Made by a program: the position numbers and the translations under genes. From Lama glama (taxonomy: Eukaryota), in assembly GCA_028534125.1 (NCBI GenBank), contig CM052817.1, positions 106,208,001 to 106,272,000 of the forward strand: 64,000 bases of DNA, given 5' to 3'. The notes below the pieces were generated by a model. The model made no database searches, was not told where the DNA came from, and worked only from the letters and a program-made list of their open reading frames with translations. This document shows positions 38,633-51,920 of this stretch, piece by piece (the stretch's first letter is position 1; each line of letters starts with the position of its first letter).

Positions 38633-40243
38633 TCATTTCTCTTTCCATCATTGTTGTACAGAGGAGAAGCAGCATCAAAGCCGCCCCCCCCACCCCGGTC
38701 CAGCCAGAACACTATTCTGCCACTTTAGGAAAGAAGTTCCTTACCTCCTACTGAAAGAGAGGCTGTGTGTCACAGAGCAAGACTGTTGGATTAAAAGACC
38801 CTTAGAAGAACCAGTCACCTGAAGAAGCCATCCCTTACGTAAGCCCTCAGTCACACTCATCACCTTGGCTACCACTCCCGTCAGACTTAGAGGTCCCACA
38901 CCAGCCATATTGAACAGGTTTCCTGCCTCCCCTCGAGTGACTCCCACCATGAACTTCATGAGCCTCATACCCCTCTTCACAGCATTAGAAAATCATGAAC
39001 CACAGATGCCTGTTCACACACCTCGCACACTATTAGGAACCCAAGCTTCTAAGTCTATTTTGTGTTGTACATATCTATTAATCTACACAATTCCTTATAT
39101 TTACACAACCTCAAAAGTCATCCTATAATCTATAATCAGCAAAGATCTATAATCAGCAGATTTCCTCGTATTTTCAAACATTACTTCTTGTCACCCACCT
39201 CTTCAGAACACTCAGTTGCATCCTGATGACACTGCTATCTCTAAAGCCCTCTCTGATGGGCATGTTTTTGTTTAATCACTCCTTAAGTTAGGACTCTGAG
39301 ATAGGTGAAAACAAACTACTCTCTGAACATGTTTCTTATCATTCTGATTCAGTTTCTTTTCTACAAACATTTTGACCTGAGTGAAAACTCCAACTGTCTT
39401 TTTTTTTTCTGTGAACTATTCTTTCTCCAACCCATGTCTTCACCTCATTTCCTACTCAAATTCAATGCTCCATAATTATAACAACACCCTTGCAAGACTT
39501 TTAATGCCCTTTCCTCTTCTCCATCTGTTTTACCTGGTACCTAATTAAACTCGATTTTCTGTCTTCTCCACGACTGCACGCAGAACTGACTGACCTCATG
39601 TTAAACTTGAGGCTACACATTTAAAATAATCACTGTATACTACTCAAAAATCTGGCTATATTTTTACATTTTCTTCCATCCTCTCCTACCCCAAATCTCC
39701 ATTGCTCATTTTCTATATCCCTTTTAATTTTCTTTTTCCTTAATCTTTCTTCATTCTCAGCTAATTACCTTGGCTTATGCTTCATTGAGAAAACAGAAAG
39801 AATCTGAGTGGACTAATTTCCTCTTCTCAGGAGCAAATCATGTGCATTCCCTACCTGCCATCTGGCTCCGTGGGTGGAATATCCCTGCACTTACTAACCA
39901 AGTGAAGTCCCTTCACTTATACTTTGAAGTCTCTCCCATCTCTTTTTCTCAAAATGTTATTCCTACTCTCTTACACTATCAGTTTCTCAGTTTAAGCTGG
40001 ATCATCAACATGGTCTGTATGTTGGTGACCCCCAATTTATATCGGAATTCTCTGAACCTCTGACGTCTTTGTTAGCATGCTCCTGTATATTCCTTATAGT
40101 GCTCTCACATGTAACATGTCAAAAATGTCTTCACTCTTGCTCTTGACACTCCCATCTCTTTCTCTTGGAATCTTTCTTCTAATCAGTTGCTCGAGTCAAA
40201 AGTTGAGAAAGTATCTTTGAGTACCACTTTCCCCTCACCCCAG

Positions 40244-40805
40244 AGTTACCCCAGAAAAGGAAAACCCCTCAGTTTTTGTCTTACCCAAAAGAGAAGATTC
40301 AGATGAGAGACGAAAGCACTGTGTAAACAAAAAGTTTATTAGCAAAGTGAAAATACACCTCTGACGGCTGAAGTCAGGCTGGTCCAGGAGAGGAAAGTCC
40401 ATGATTCCCCCACTCCTGTTTCTTTTGTGAGGTTTCCTAGGGGCTATCTTAAGCGATTTTGATAGTTGACATCATCTGAGTGACATGTGTAGGTTACACA
40501 AACTTTCCCTTATTGTGCATGTCCTTCATGTCAGTGCATACAGAAAAGCCCACAGGGTGTGTGTGGCTAAACCACAATGCTAATTACATTACAATGAGCA
40601 CTGGGTCGTGTCAAGTCAGATCCTTCTCTCTACTGCACAGTCACAGCAGCCGGTTATAATGGTTTCTTTACTGGCACTCATTTAGAGAAAGTAAAATTCT
40701 TTGAAGCCCTTTATTCTGAGGGCAGGTATACTATTATCTTCCAGATTATTCCCTCCTCTTTTCACTCCCCTTGCCCAGTGCCCCTACCTCTCTAAGTGCC
40801 TAACA
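40244..40805 (-). mobile_element. Solo ERV1-class LTR (family C)
   Basis: 4-bp TSD ccag (40240-40243, 40806-40809); reversed AATAAA (tttatt ~40335); homologous to 21409-21654. Confidence 0.9.
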
Positions 40806-41428
40806 CCAGCACGCTAGTAACTGTTGGTCTTCTGTGATTTGACATCTATCTCTGTGTCTAACGTCTCCACTTTTGCAGCAGCTCCACTGTCATTGTGCTA
40901 ACCACCACGATGTCTTCTTGGATTAGTCAGTTAGCCTCCTATGTGTTCTTTCTACCCTCACATTTCACCCCTACAAACTGTTCTCCATACAGTCGCATAC
41001 AACTCTTCAAAGTATCTTCCATTAGCACTTGAGATAATGTCTAAACTTTCTTCCAGCTAAAACAGTTCTACACTATCTGCCTCCTTCACAAGGTCTGACA
41101 GATGATCTATAATTCTCTTTCTCTTGCTTCGATGGCCCAGTCACACTACCTTTCTTTTGGTTCTTTGAATGCATGGAACACATTCTTAATGTAGAGCCTT
41201 GGCTTAGAATATCCTTCTATCTGGTCTTCCCATGATTAGTTCTGATTTGGCGTATGTGTGTCACTCTCTCAGGTGAGCATTCTTTTAACTAATCAGCCTA
41301 ATGGAGCCACATTGTCATTGTACCATGTCACCCTGATTTACTTTCTATATAGCACTTAAACATCTGGTCTAATTTCCTGTGTAAGTATTATGCAATTCCT
41401 GAATTATAAGTTGTCTCCTTCAATGGTA

Positions 41429-41930
41429 TCATGAATGAAAAAATATTGCAGCCATATCAGTAAACAGGATTCTGGGGCCATCCAGTCATCAGCCAGCGCT
41501 GCCACTTCCAACAGTGAGCAGAGGGAACTCAGGATGTGGACAAGCAGGCAGTCCAACCTCTGCTTCCACCCCCAGTGCCCCCTGAGGGGACGCAGGATGG
41601 AAAAAACAGGACACTGGCCCTAGATAGCTAGGTGCACATCAAAGGAATGATTTCAACGAGCCCAGACTCTTGCATCTTCCCATTCCTAGAAAAGTGCTAA
41701 ATTTATTAACTTGGGATATGTGGTTTTGTTTAATTAACAGTAATCTTTTGATGTTCTGACTATCTTATCTTTGGGGCAAGACTCATATATATCCTGGCTC
41801 TTCCCCTTCCCCTTTGGAGCAGTCCCTCAGAGCGATCTGGGAGGCCACCTCCCAGGCTGGAGTCCTCAGAAAGTCCTCTAAATAAAACATCATTCTCAAC
41901 CTTAGGTTGTGCATATTTTTTCAGTCAACA
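41429..41930 (+). mobile_element. Solo ERV1-class LTR, family B-related (MER41-like)
   Basis: Terminal inverted repeats tgaatgaaaaaa / ttttttcagtcaaca, tatata ~41786, AATAAA at 41881, shared cttgcatcttc...tagaaaag motif. Confidence 0.88.
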
Positions 41931-43504
41931 GCATGTAAATTCTCTGTTCAATGCTACTGTCCCAGGTCCTAGCATGAGGCTGGACAGGTTGTGGGGTCTT
42001 AGTCAAGATCTATTGAAAGAATAATTCGTGAGCTATTCATTGATGTTAATGTTATCGAGAAGAGATCAGTGACTCAGGTTAACGAAGATCTGCTTATTTC
42101 CAACTTATAATAATAGGTTGAGGAACTTGGGTGTAAATTTTGTTTTTGTTTTTAATAAAAGGTTAATGGAGGAAAAAGCAGGCCATGTTCCTGTCCACGT
42201 CACTCCCCACTGATCAAAATCTTAGAATATCATCTTTGTACCACATATGGTTGTGAAACCATCCATGAATTGAAGATTTATGCAATTTGCCTAAGAAGGG
42301 AGCCAACTGAAGGGGCAAATAAAGGTGTTTCATTAGGTGGGTCAGGAAAGCTGGTAGTTCTTCACTGATCAATGCCTTATGAGTCCAGTTAGGGGAAATT
42401 TTTCAGAAGCTAATGATATATATGGACAATTAAATCATCCCCATGGAGCTGTATGATTAGCATACAGTCATTAGCTCATAAGTCATATACTTCAGAGGGA
42501 GAAAAGATTTACAACATAAACAAAATTTCAGGTCTTCTATGTCATTTTTCTCTCGCAGTATAGGGTCTCCACTGTATTCCTCTGATGTGCACCTAGACAC
42601 ATCAAAGGAATGATTTCAATGAACCCAGACCCAATGAACACATACTACTGAATGTCTACTCCAGGCATGGGGGTGGAGAAACCGGGAATCATTCAAACCA
42701 CAGAGTTAATGACTGAGAAAAGGCAGCAACTTCTCCACCTGTTTATCATCTCTCAGTATCTCTTACACGAGTGGTTTCAACAACTGAAGGAAGTTTCGAA
42801 GATGCGAGTGATGAAAAATAAAAACACTTCAACAGGATCTAAAGAAAACCAGTGGGAAATTAAGCCCACTCTTCTTCTTCCTGGAAGACAGCGTCAAGTT
42901 TTCTCTTTTATGCAAGTTGAAAATCAGTAATACCTTTAATATGCTCAGCAACAGCTCGTATGAATTCATTATGCAGCACAGGGCATCTGTAGATATTCAT
43001 TTCTCTTTCCCTTGCCTTATCTCTTCCACATGCTGTCTTTTCTGAGTATGTAATCTATGCCTTGGAGTTGCTATTCTTTTTATCAACTGTGTTTCATTTT
43101 ATGCATGCTGACGTCGGCAGTAGAGAACTTCTGAAACTGGCAAAGCAGCCCTGTAAATGGATGCTCAAGCAAAAATTGTCAGTTTACCCCATGGAGATGT
43201 AAATGAAAAAGGACTGAGAAAGATCATTTTCTCAATATAAATCTAGATGTGAATTTTTTTTTTCCTGGGCCAACTTAGACTCTGGCTGATTTAAAAGAAA
43301 ATACTTTGATCTCTCCACTTATTTTCTGTTTTATAAGGGATGATACAATTCCTAAATCCAAGCCACCTCACATGAGCAGGGTAAGCCTAGATTCTTTGCA
43401 GTGAAGTGATTTTAGCTTCACATTTTGTCCAGTTGTGGTAATACATGCTTTCTTGCTTGATTTTAATTAGTCAATAATAATAATATAAACCTACTAGCTC
43501 TTTT

Positions 43505-43737
43505 TTATTGAATGTTTTTGATTTATAATGTTGTGTTAGTTTCTGGTGCACAGCATAGTAATTTCAGTTATATATTTATATATATACATATATATATATA
43601 TGTATTCATTCCTTATCATAGGTTACTATAAGATATTGAATATATTTCCCTGTACTATACAGTAGGACCTTGTTGTTTATCTGTTTTGTTTATAGTAGTT
43701 TGTATCTGCTAATCCCAAACTCCTAATTTATCACTCC
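43505..43737 (-). mobile_element. L1 3' end with exact 15-bp TSD
   Basis: TSD cctactagctctttt at 43490-43504 and 43738-43752; minus strand gives a TT/AAAA endonuclease site. Confidence 0.95.
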
Positions 43738-45034
43738 CCTACTAGCTCTTTTAATTGTAGAAAGATTTCTTTGAGATTTTATAAATAGTTCTTCATACTT
43801 GTTAAATCAGATGCAGGCTTAAAAAACATATAGTAGCCAAAAATATATATATATATATTTTTTAAGCTAGTAGCTTAAAAACATTATACCAAGGTCATGA
43901 AGTAATCATTGGTATTACCAGAACACAATCACTTCTATTTAAAAAAATTTTTTCTTAAAACACTTTTTAACTTAATTCTAATAAAATAATTGGCATTACA
44001 TAAAGTATTAAAATTACATGAGTCATACCAGGAATTATAAAAAGATCACTCATTTGGACCTTTGGTCTAGAATAAGCTAGAACAGCTCTTAGCCTGTGGT
44101 GCACTCTGTAGTCTTTCTCAGCCTCAGATTTCTCATGTAAAGAACAAAGGTTCAGAAGCCAGTTGTAGTAAGAGGCAGCAAGTCCTGCTGCCTTGAGTCA
44201 GGAAACAGGTGTGTGGTGCAACCAGAAATAGAGCATGTACCCTAGAATGGATGGGTAAGAATGGATACTTATAAGCATCATCAGACTGGGTCACGGAACT
44301 GGAACAGTAAGACGTTATAAACCCGAGATGTTAAGGCTGAGTTGCATAGGCTGGCATGGGCGTGGCTTGGGGGCGTGGCATCCCCAAACTGGACATAAAT
44401 GGAAAAGAAAACCGCAGGTGGTGACACTTGTGGGCTCATTTGTCCCGGCAGGCATCTGTCGAGACCATGGCATTTCATAAGTGTGCCCTGGAGACAGAGG
44501 AGGACTTCCCTTCCACCTCCAGGGACATTTGATCCTCTCTGCTTCTTTTTCATTGCTTCCTCACTGAGGCAAAAAGTAAAAGTAATTTCAACCAAGCTCT
44601 AAATATATCTTTTTATGTTAGACTTTATTTAACAAATGACTCTAAATTTCTCTCAAGTATCAGATGTTCACAGAAACCATGTCTTTGACAATTTTCAAAT
44701 GTGGTGTTTTCACTTTTATTTGTTTTCAAGTTTAATTTTCCATAACTGGGGAGAGAAAGAGAGGGAAAAAAAGACAGAGAAAGAAAATGGCTGAATATCT
44801 GACTATTTTGGAGATAATTTTCATGCCTAACATGAAAATCCATTCCTTTTTTTTTTTTACAAGCTGTGGAAACACAATTCAAATTCTACTCTCTTCTGAA
44901 AACTTCCTTGATTATCCCAGTTTTCATTTAGTACTGTCTTTTAAAAAATGATAAGCTTTAATAACACTGATTTTGGGGGGATATATGAAGCAAAAATTCT
45001 AGGGATACATTTGGAGGATATTTGATCTATTAAC

Positions 45035-45370
45035 ATGCTGGTCACTGTTTTTTTTCTAACACCTAAAACCAGAATGGAGACATACAAAATACACTAATTG
45101 GATTCGTGGATGATGCTAATTTGGGAATATTAAAAATTTGAATAGGCAAAAAAATGCATCAAAACCCACACACATAAATGTAACAGGAAAAGTAAAATGC
45201 TCAAAAGAAGTTAAAATAGTTACAAATCTCAGGACCAGGAGTTCTACCCAGAACTGCGCGCTTCACAGTTTACTGATACTACAGCTTCCGATAAAAAGGG
45301 TGGGGTTGGGAGGCCAGATATACGGTTTAAGTTGAATGTCTGGTCAACAATGTAATATACGGTATTCCCA
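45035..45370 (+). mobile_element. CR1/L3 LINE reverse transcriptase remnant
   Basis: GDIQNTLIGFVDDANLG at ~45077-45127 matches CR1 ..LIKFADDTKLGG; aagttgaatgtctggtcaacaatgt resembles KLNMSQQC. Confidence 0.65.
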
Positions 45371-47164
45371 TAAAACAGAAGGAGTCAAATTTAGGCTTGA
45401 TTTCTCATAATACACAGGTTCTTAATAGACTGGTAGCTATGTTGGTAGATATATATAGTTTGTGTATGAAATACATCATGTCATGTTAAATATATATGTA
45501 TATTTCTTTATCCGTTAATAATTCTGATTTCTGGTCATTTTATTGTTAGTAATTTTGTATCATTTTTCCCATGTTCATTTGTTTTGTTCCTGTGGCACGT
45601 CACCCACTTCCCAACATAGGGCTCCTGTATATGTTATTTCTCTTAGTGTCGTGCCCCCTTCAGGGAGACCTTTCTAAGTCAGATCAAATCCCCTTTCTTC
45701 ATCCCACTGGGGTCACCATGGGCTCCTGTCCACACCTACTGCCAATTGTAAGTTTACACTAATTCCACCATTAATTGATTAAATATTCCTCTGCCTTCAG
45801 ATTTTAGACTCAAGAATCTAATCTATTTTTTGCTCATTTTTCTACTTTTAGAGTTTCACTCATGTCTTTTCATATATGTCTTTTCACATATTTATTAAAT
45901 GTGTGAATTAACACATAAATAAAAATAAATAACGGTGGTACTTTACATATTGTTCTCTTTTTGCTGTAAAAATATTTATTTTAATGTTTGGTATTGGTTT
46001 GAAAGTAGAGATGTATATGTCAACTTTGTTTCTTCATTATGAAAACTATTTCTTGTTTCACAAAAGTCATTTGATAATGTATCTCTTTGAACAAACCAAG
46101 GACATGGCTTTTACAGTTTTTGTTTATTACAAAAATAATAAATTAGAGACAATCTTCTTATGATTTTTCAGGCAATTTTGCTTTTTCCTTATGGTACATT
46201 ATCATTTTATTCATTTTATTAGCCCCGTGGTGTATATTTTTTATTTGCTTGCTCTTATGTTTATCTATTCTTGAATATGAAGATACATATTCAATTTAAA
46301 TATATTATGGATTTGGATAACTATTAAACTGAAAGAATTTGTAGAAAATTTTTAGCTGTTTCTGTGGATGATTATTGTTTTAATAAAAATAAGATTTAAT
46401 ATAACCCCTTTTTTATGTTGCATTTTTATGGATGATTATTTTGAGAAACTTTGCTTTTTCATAGTAATGTCACTCAATTTTTGAACTCCCTAGTATGCAC
46501 AGAAAATCAAAAAGTAAGCTAGAAGCACTGATGACTTTTAGTGATCTTTAAGCTGACATTTTGAATGCATTCTCCTTCAAGCTTTGAGAGTAAAGATTGT
46601 AAACCACAGGACTTTCAAAGAATGTTTTTCCTCAGTATTAAAGCCACTTCTGTGGTTTCTGAGAAATGTCACCAAAAGCTTTATCAAGAATTAGAAAATA
46701 ACAATCAATCTATTCTCTTTCACTTAGAGGAATCCAGAAAAGCTTGAGAAACTAATTATTTTTATTTGAATGTACTCCTGCTAGTAAAAATATTTTTGAT
46801 AAAATACTTTTATCATTGTTTGTGCTTAGACCTGAGGATTTATCTCACTTCATTTGCAGAAACTATTCATCACATAACCTAAGAGAAAAGGCAGTCTGCA
46901 TTTTCAAATCAACCAACCAGCAGGATTTACTTTCTATTAAAATGCAAACTTTAATAAAGTTATCTGCAGAAATGAACACACTGAAATATTTTTAAGCATA
47001 TAATATAACCATTCATGCTATTTAAGGGGTAAGAAAACTATATTAAATGCATTATACATAATGGACTAATAAAAATATCTAAGTCAAGTTAAATAATATA
47101 ATAAACCAAAAAAAGTCAAGTTAGAAAAATATCTAAGTCAAGTCAATAATACAGTATTGAACAA

Positions 47165-47325
47165 TGTTCAATACCCTGTAATAACCTATAATGGAAAAGA
47201 ATCTGAAAAAGAAAATATATATGTATACACATATGTATGTATGTGTGTATAGATATAAAACTGAATCACTTTGCTGTACACCTGAAACTTAACACTACAT
47301 TATAAATTAGCTATACTTAAATTAG
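47165..47325 (+). mobile_element. L1 3' end
   Basis: caataccctgtaataacctataatggaaaagaatctgaaaaag...ctgaatcactttgctgtacacctgaaac. Confidence 0.9.
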
Positions 47326-48607
47326 ATTTTTTTAATCAGATTAAATTGACGTAGAGCAACCTGGCTTAATTTGTGACGCTTAGCACACACTTCTTTCTCT
47401 GCTGACTTTCCTTGAGGACCAAGATCAGAGGTCCCATTCCTCTTCCATCAGTTGTGATTCCATGCCGTTTGGGTACTTTGGGATCTGGATGGCCTCGAAG
47501 GTTATATTCCTTATCGTGTTTCAATATCGCTGTCATTTCTAATTCTGCTCGGTGTCAATATTTTCCTCTCAGTGTCCAAGGAACTTGGGACTGTTCACAT
47601 TTCCCCTCGAACATTCTGCATTCTCCTGGAGCATGCATTTTTTTGTTTGGTATCCTGTGAACATAAAACAATCAGAAATTTGATGGCTGTGGGATGATAG
47701 TGAAGTACAGATTCGATCAAGCAAGTTCAGCAACTAAGAACTGGACAGTGGTTCCCAATTTGTTTAGATTATTCTCTGCTTATTACAGTCACTGTGTTCC
47801 TGAGTGAAAGGTATATAACAGGGTGAGTTTGAAAAAGTTCCTACCTTTGTAAGGTTATCAGTCCACTTGGAGTTTAGCATAAAGTACATGTTTAGTCCAA
47901 ACTTGTGCTTTGTAGTCCATCTGCATGATTCGCACATTTAGTGGAAAATGCCCCTCGAATGTGGTTCCTTGTTTTCTATTCATTAAGATTAGAGGACTGA
48001 CATCAGATTTTATATCTCTGTGTTTATCTACAGAGGTATTTTTTGAAAGATTGGGATAAACTATATTAGACGTTGCTTGTCAGTATATGGTGTGTTGGAA
48101 ATTACTTCTGCTACTAAGAGGACCAAAATTACTTTCACTTTTGAAACTATAGAATTGTGGATGTTCTTTGTTCTTTTGTAAGTTATTTCTTCTTTTAGTG
48201 AAGCTTTCATGTTATGTCACTTCATCTTTATTCAGACTTCAACCCATACTAGTCCAGGCTATAATCTTCTGCAGATGGATTTATTACTGGGACATATTGT
48301 TTAACACCTACTTCATTTCACCATAAGACATGTACTTCTAAACACTAGTTTCATTTCACAACTTCCTTTTCTGATATATATGGAATAAAATGTATAGAAA
48401 AACTAATGCTTTCATCTTTCTCTTAATATCTTCTAAAATCATTCACTATCTGCCATTATCTGTATCTTATACCCACTTCAAATTTTGAAAGAATGGTCAA
48501 CTTGACTATTGTCCTTTTTACATTTAATACCTGATCTTCATTCTTATTTTCATGTCTGCATAATTTTTAATCAATGTTCAAATGTCTTAGGATAGCTGAT
48601 GCTAATC

Positions 48608-51600
48608 TTTTTTTTAAATTAAGGTGGAAGTAGAATACAGTACGGCATTTCTTTCAGGTACATAACAAATGAATATTTGTAATACTGCCCAATGATCACC
48701 ATAATGTGTCTAGTTAACATCTGTCACCATTCATACTTACAGAAATTTTTTCTTCTGATTAGAACTTATAAGATTTACTCTTTGCAATTTTCACATTTTC
48801 AATACAATACTATTAACCATAGACACCAGTTTGAACATTTTGAGTCCCTTCACTCATTTGCCTATTCCCACCTCCTACTTTTGACAACCACCAATCTGTT
48901 CTCCATATTTTTGAGCTTAGTTTTTTCTTTTCCTTTTTGTTTTTTAGATTTCACATATAAGTGATAACATACCATTTGTGTCTTTCTATCACTTATTTCA
49001 CATAGCATAACATCATCAAGGTCCATCCACATTGTTGCAAACGGCAACATTTCATTCTTTTTATGACCGAATAATATATCAATGTAATATATACATCACA
49101 TTGTCTTTATCCACTCACCTGCCAATGGATTTTTGGGTTGCTTCCATATCTTAGCTGTTGTAAATGATGCTGCAGTGAACAGAGGTATGCACGTATCTTT
49201 TTGAATTAAGGTGTTCGTGTTCTTTGGAAAAGTACCCAGAAGTGAAAATGCTAGATCATATGGTAATTCTGTTTTTAATTTTCTGAGAAACCTCTCTATT
49301 GTCTTTCACAGTGGCTGCACCAATTTACCTTCTCACCAACAGTGCACAAGGGTTCCTTTTCATCCACATCCTTGCCATAAAGGAATTTTATGGTTTCAAG
49401 TCTTTAATATCATTTGAGTTAGTTTTCACGTATGGTACAAGGTAACGGCCTGGTTTCATTCTTTTGCATCTGGCTGCCCAGCTTTCCCAATACCATTTAT
49501 TGAAGAGGCCATTCTTCCTCCATTGTATATTCTTGACTCCTCTGTCCTCAATCAATTGAGCATATATTTAGTGGCTTAGTTCTGGACTCTATTCTGTTCC
49601 ATTAGTCTAGAAATCTCTTTTTAAGTCAGCAATGTGCTGTTTCGATTACTAAAGCTTTGTAGTGTCATTTAACATCAGGCAGTATGATGCCTCCAGCTTT
49701 GTTCTTCTCTCTCAAAATTACTTTGAATATTCAGGGTCTTTTGTGGTTCCCTACACAATTTAAAATTATTTGTTCTATTCATGTGAAAAATGCCATTGGA
49801 ATTTCGATAGAGATTGCATTGACTTTGTAGTTTGCTTTGAGTAGTGTGGACATTTTAACAATATTAATTCTTCTAATCCATGGGTATGGAATATCTTTCC
49901 ATTCATTCCCATCTTCATTTTTTAATCAGTGTCTTATACTTTTTAGTGTACAGGTTTTTCATCTCCTTTTTTTATTTATTAAGTATTTTAGTCTTTTGAT
50001 AGAATTGTAAACAAATTATTTTCTTAATTTCTCTTTCTGATAGTTTGTTATTAGTATATAGAAATGCACAATTTCTGTATATTAATTCTGTATCCTACAA
50101 ATTTACATTTTATTTATTTGTTCTAAAAGTTTTTTGTGATGTCTTTAGGATTTTTCTCTACATAAAAAAAGCCTCTCGATATAGCATCATGTTATCTGCA
50201 AACAGTGACAATTTTACTTATTCCCTTACAGTCTGGATACCTAAATCTTTTTCTTGCTGAATTACTCTGGCTAAGATTTCCCATATGTTGAAAAAAAGTG
50301 GCCAAAGGGAGTATCCTTGTCTTGATCCTGATCCTAAAGGAAAAGTTTTCCACTTTTCACCATTGAGTATGATATTAGCTATGGACTTATCATATATGAT
50401 GTTTATTATTTTGAGGTATGTTCCCTTTATATCCACTTTGTTGAGAGTTTTTTTTATCATAAATTGATGTTGAATTTTGTCAAATGCATTCTGTGCATCT
50501 ATTGAGATGATCGTATAATTTTCATTCTTGCTTTCTTTGTTTAATGTGGTGAATCTTGATGGGTTTGCGGATGTTGAGCCATCCTTGCACCCCTGGTCAA
50601 ATCCCACTTGATCATGTGTATAATCTTTTTAATGTACTTTTGAATTCAGTTTGGTCATATTTTGCTGATGATTTTGCATCTGTGTTTATCAGGGATATTG
50701 CTCTGCAATTTTCTTTTCTTGTGATGCCTTTGTCTAGTTTTGGTATCAGGGTAAAGCTGGCCTCCTAAAATAAATTGATGTGCTCACCCCTCTTTTTTAA
50801 CTTTTGAAAGATTTTGAGAAGGATTGCTATTAGTTCTTTGAATGTTTGGTATAATTTATCAGTGAAGCTGTCTGATTCTGGACTTTTGTTTGTAGGGATT
50901 TTTTTAAATTAGTGATTCAATCTCTTCCCTGCTAATTATTCTGATCAGATTTTCTATTTCTTCATGATTTAGTTATGAAAAGTTTTATGTTTCTAGAGAT
51001 TTATCAATTTCTTCTAGGTTCTCCAACTTGTTAGCATATAATTGTCTGTAGAAGTCTTTTATGATCCTTTGTATTTCTGTGGTATCAGGTGTAATGTCTC
51101 CTCTTTCATTTCGGATTTTATTTATTTGATTCCTCTTTTTTCTTGGAGAGTCTAACTAAAGTTTTGTCAATTTCTTTTAATTTTTTTAAAGAACCAACTT
51201 TTAGTTTTACTAATCTTTTCTGTTGCTTTTTTAGTCTCTATTTTATTTATTTGTGCTCTGATATTTGTTATTTCCTTTTGTCTACTAACTGTGGACTTTG
51301 TTCTTCATTTTCCAGTTTCTTGTGGTGTAAAGTTAGGTTGTTTATTTGAGATTTTTTCTTATTTCCTGAGGTAAGCTTGTGTCACTATAACCATCCCTCT
51401 CAGAATTGCTTTTGCTGCATCCCATAAGTTTTGGTGTGTCATATTTCTATTTCCATTAGTTTCAAGGTATGTGTTGATTTTGCTTTTGATTTCTTTGTTG
51501 ATCAATTGTTTGTTTGGTAGTATATAATTTAATCTTTACGTTTTTGTGAATTTCCCAACTTTTAATTTTTTGTAATTGTTTTCTAGTTTCATACCATTGT

Positions 51601-51920
51601 GGTTAGAAAAGATACTTGATATTTCAGTATTCTTACATTTGTTAATACATTTTTTGTGGCCTAACATATGACCTATCCTGGAGAATAAGCATGAGAAGAA
51701 TGTGTAGTCTGTTCCTTTTGGATGGAGTGTGCTGTATATAGCTGTTAAATCCAGCTGATCTCACTTGTCAGTTAAAGCCAATGTCTCCTTATTGATTTTC
51801 TGTCTGGATGATCTATCCATTGATATAAGTGGGGTGTTAAAGTCCCCTACTATTATTGTATTACAGTCTATTGCTCCCTTTAGAGCTGTTAACGCTTGCT
51901 CCATATATTTAGGTGCTTTT
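48608..51920 (-). mobile_element. 5'-truncated L1 (L1MA-like), ~3.3 kb, decayed ORF2
   Basis: ORF 50218-50607 IISIDAQNAFDKIQHQFMIKKTL...YDKSIANIILNGEK...GSRQG..L.PLFFNI is L1 RT; ORF 48862-49050 LPFATMWMDLDDVMLCEIS is the ORF2 C-terminus; poly-T at 48608. Confidence 0.95.

Larger units (their letters stand above)
39100..42025 (+). mobile_element. Long L2 remnant interrupted by two LTRs
   Basis: Pyrimidine-rich L2-like body continuing across both LTRs and ending in tgttcaatgct...cccaggtcctagca...tattgaaagaataa tail. Confidence 0.7.

Noticed and set aside
47412..47660. 82-aa ORF in a slightly CpG-enriched patch
   Set aside because: Non-ATG start, no recognisable protein on either strand and no convincing splice-site pair
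50218..50607. 129-aa reverse transcriptase-like ORF
   Set aside because: Fragment of a decayed, truncated L1 ORF2, not a functional gene
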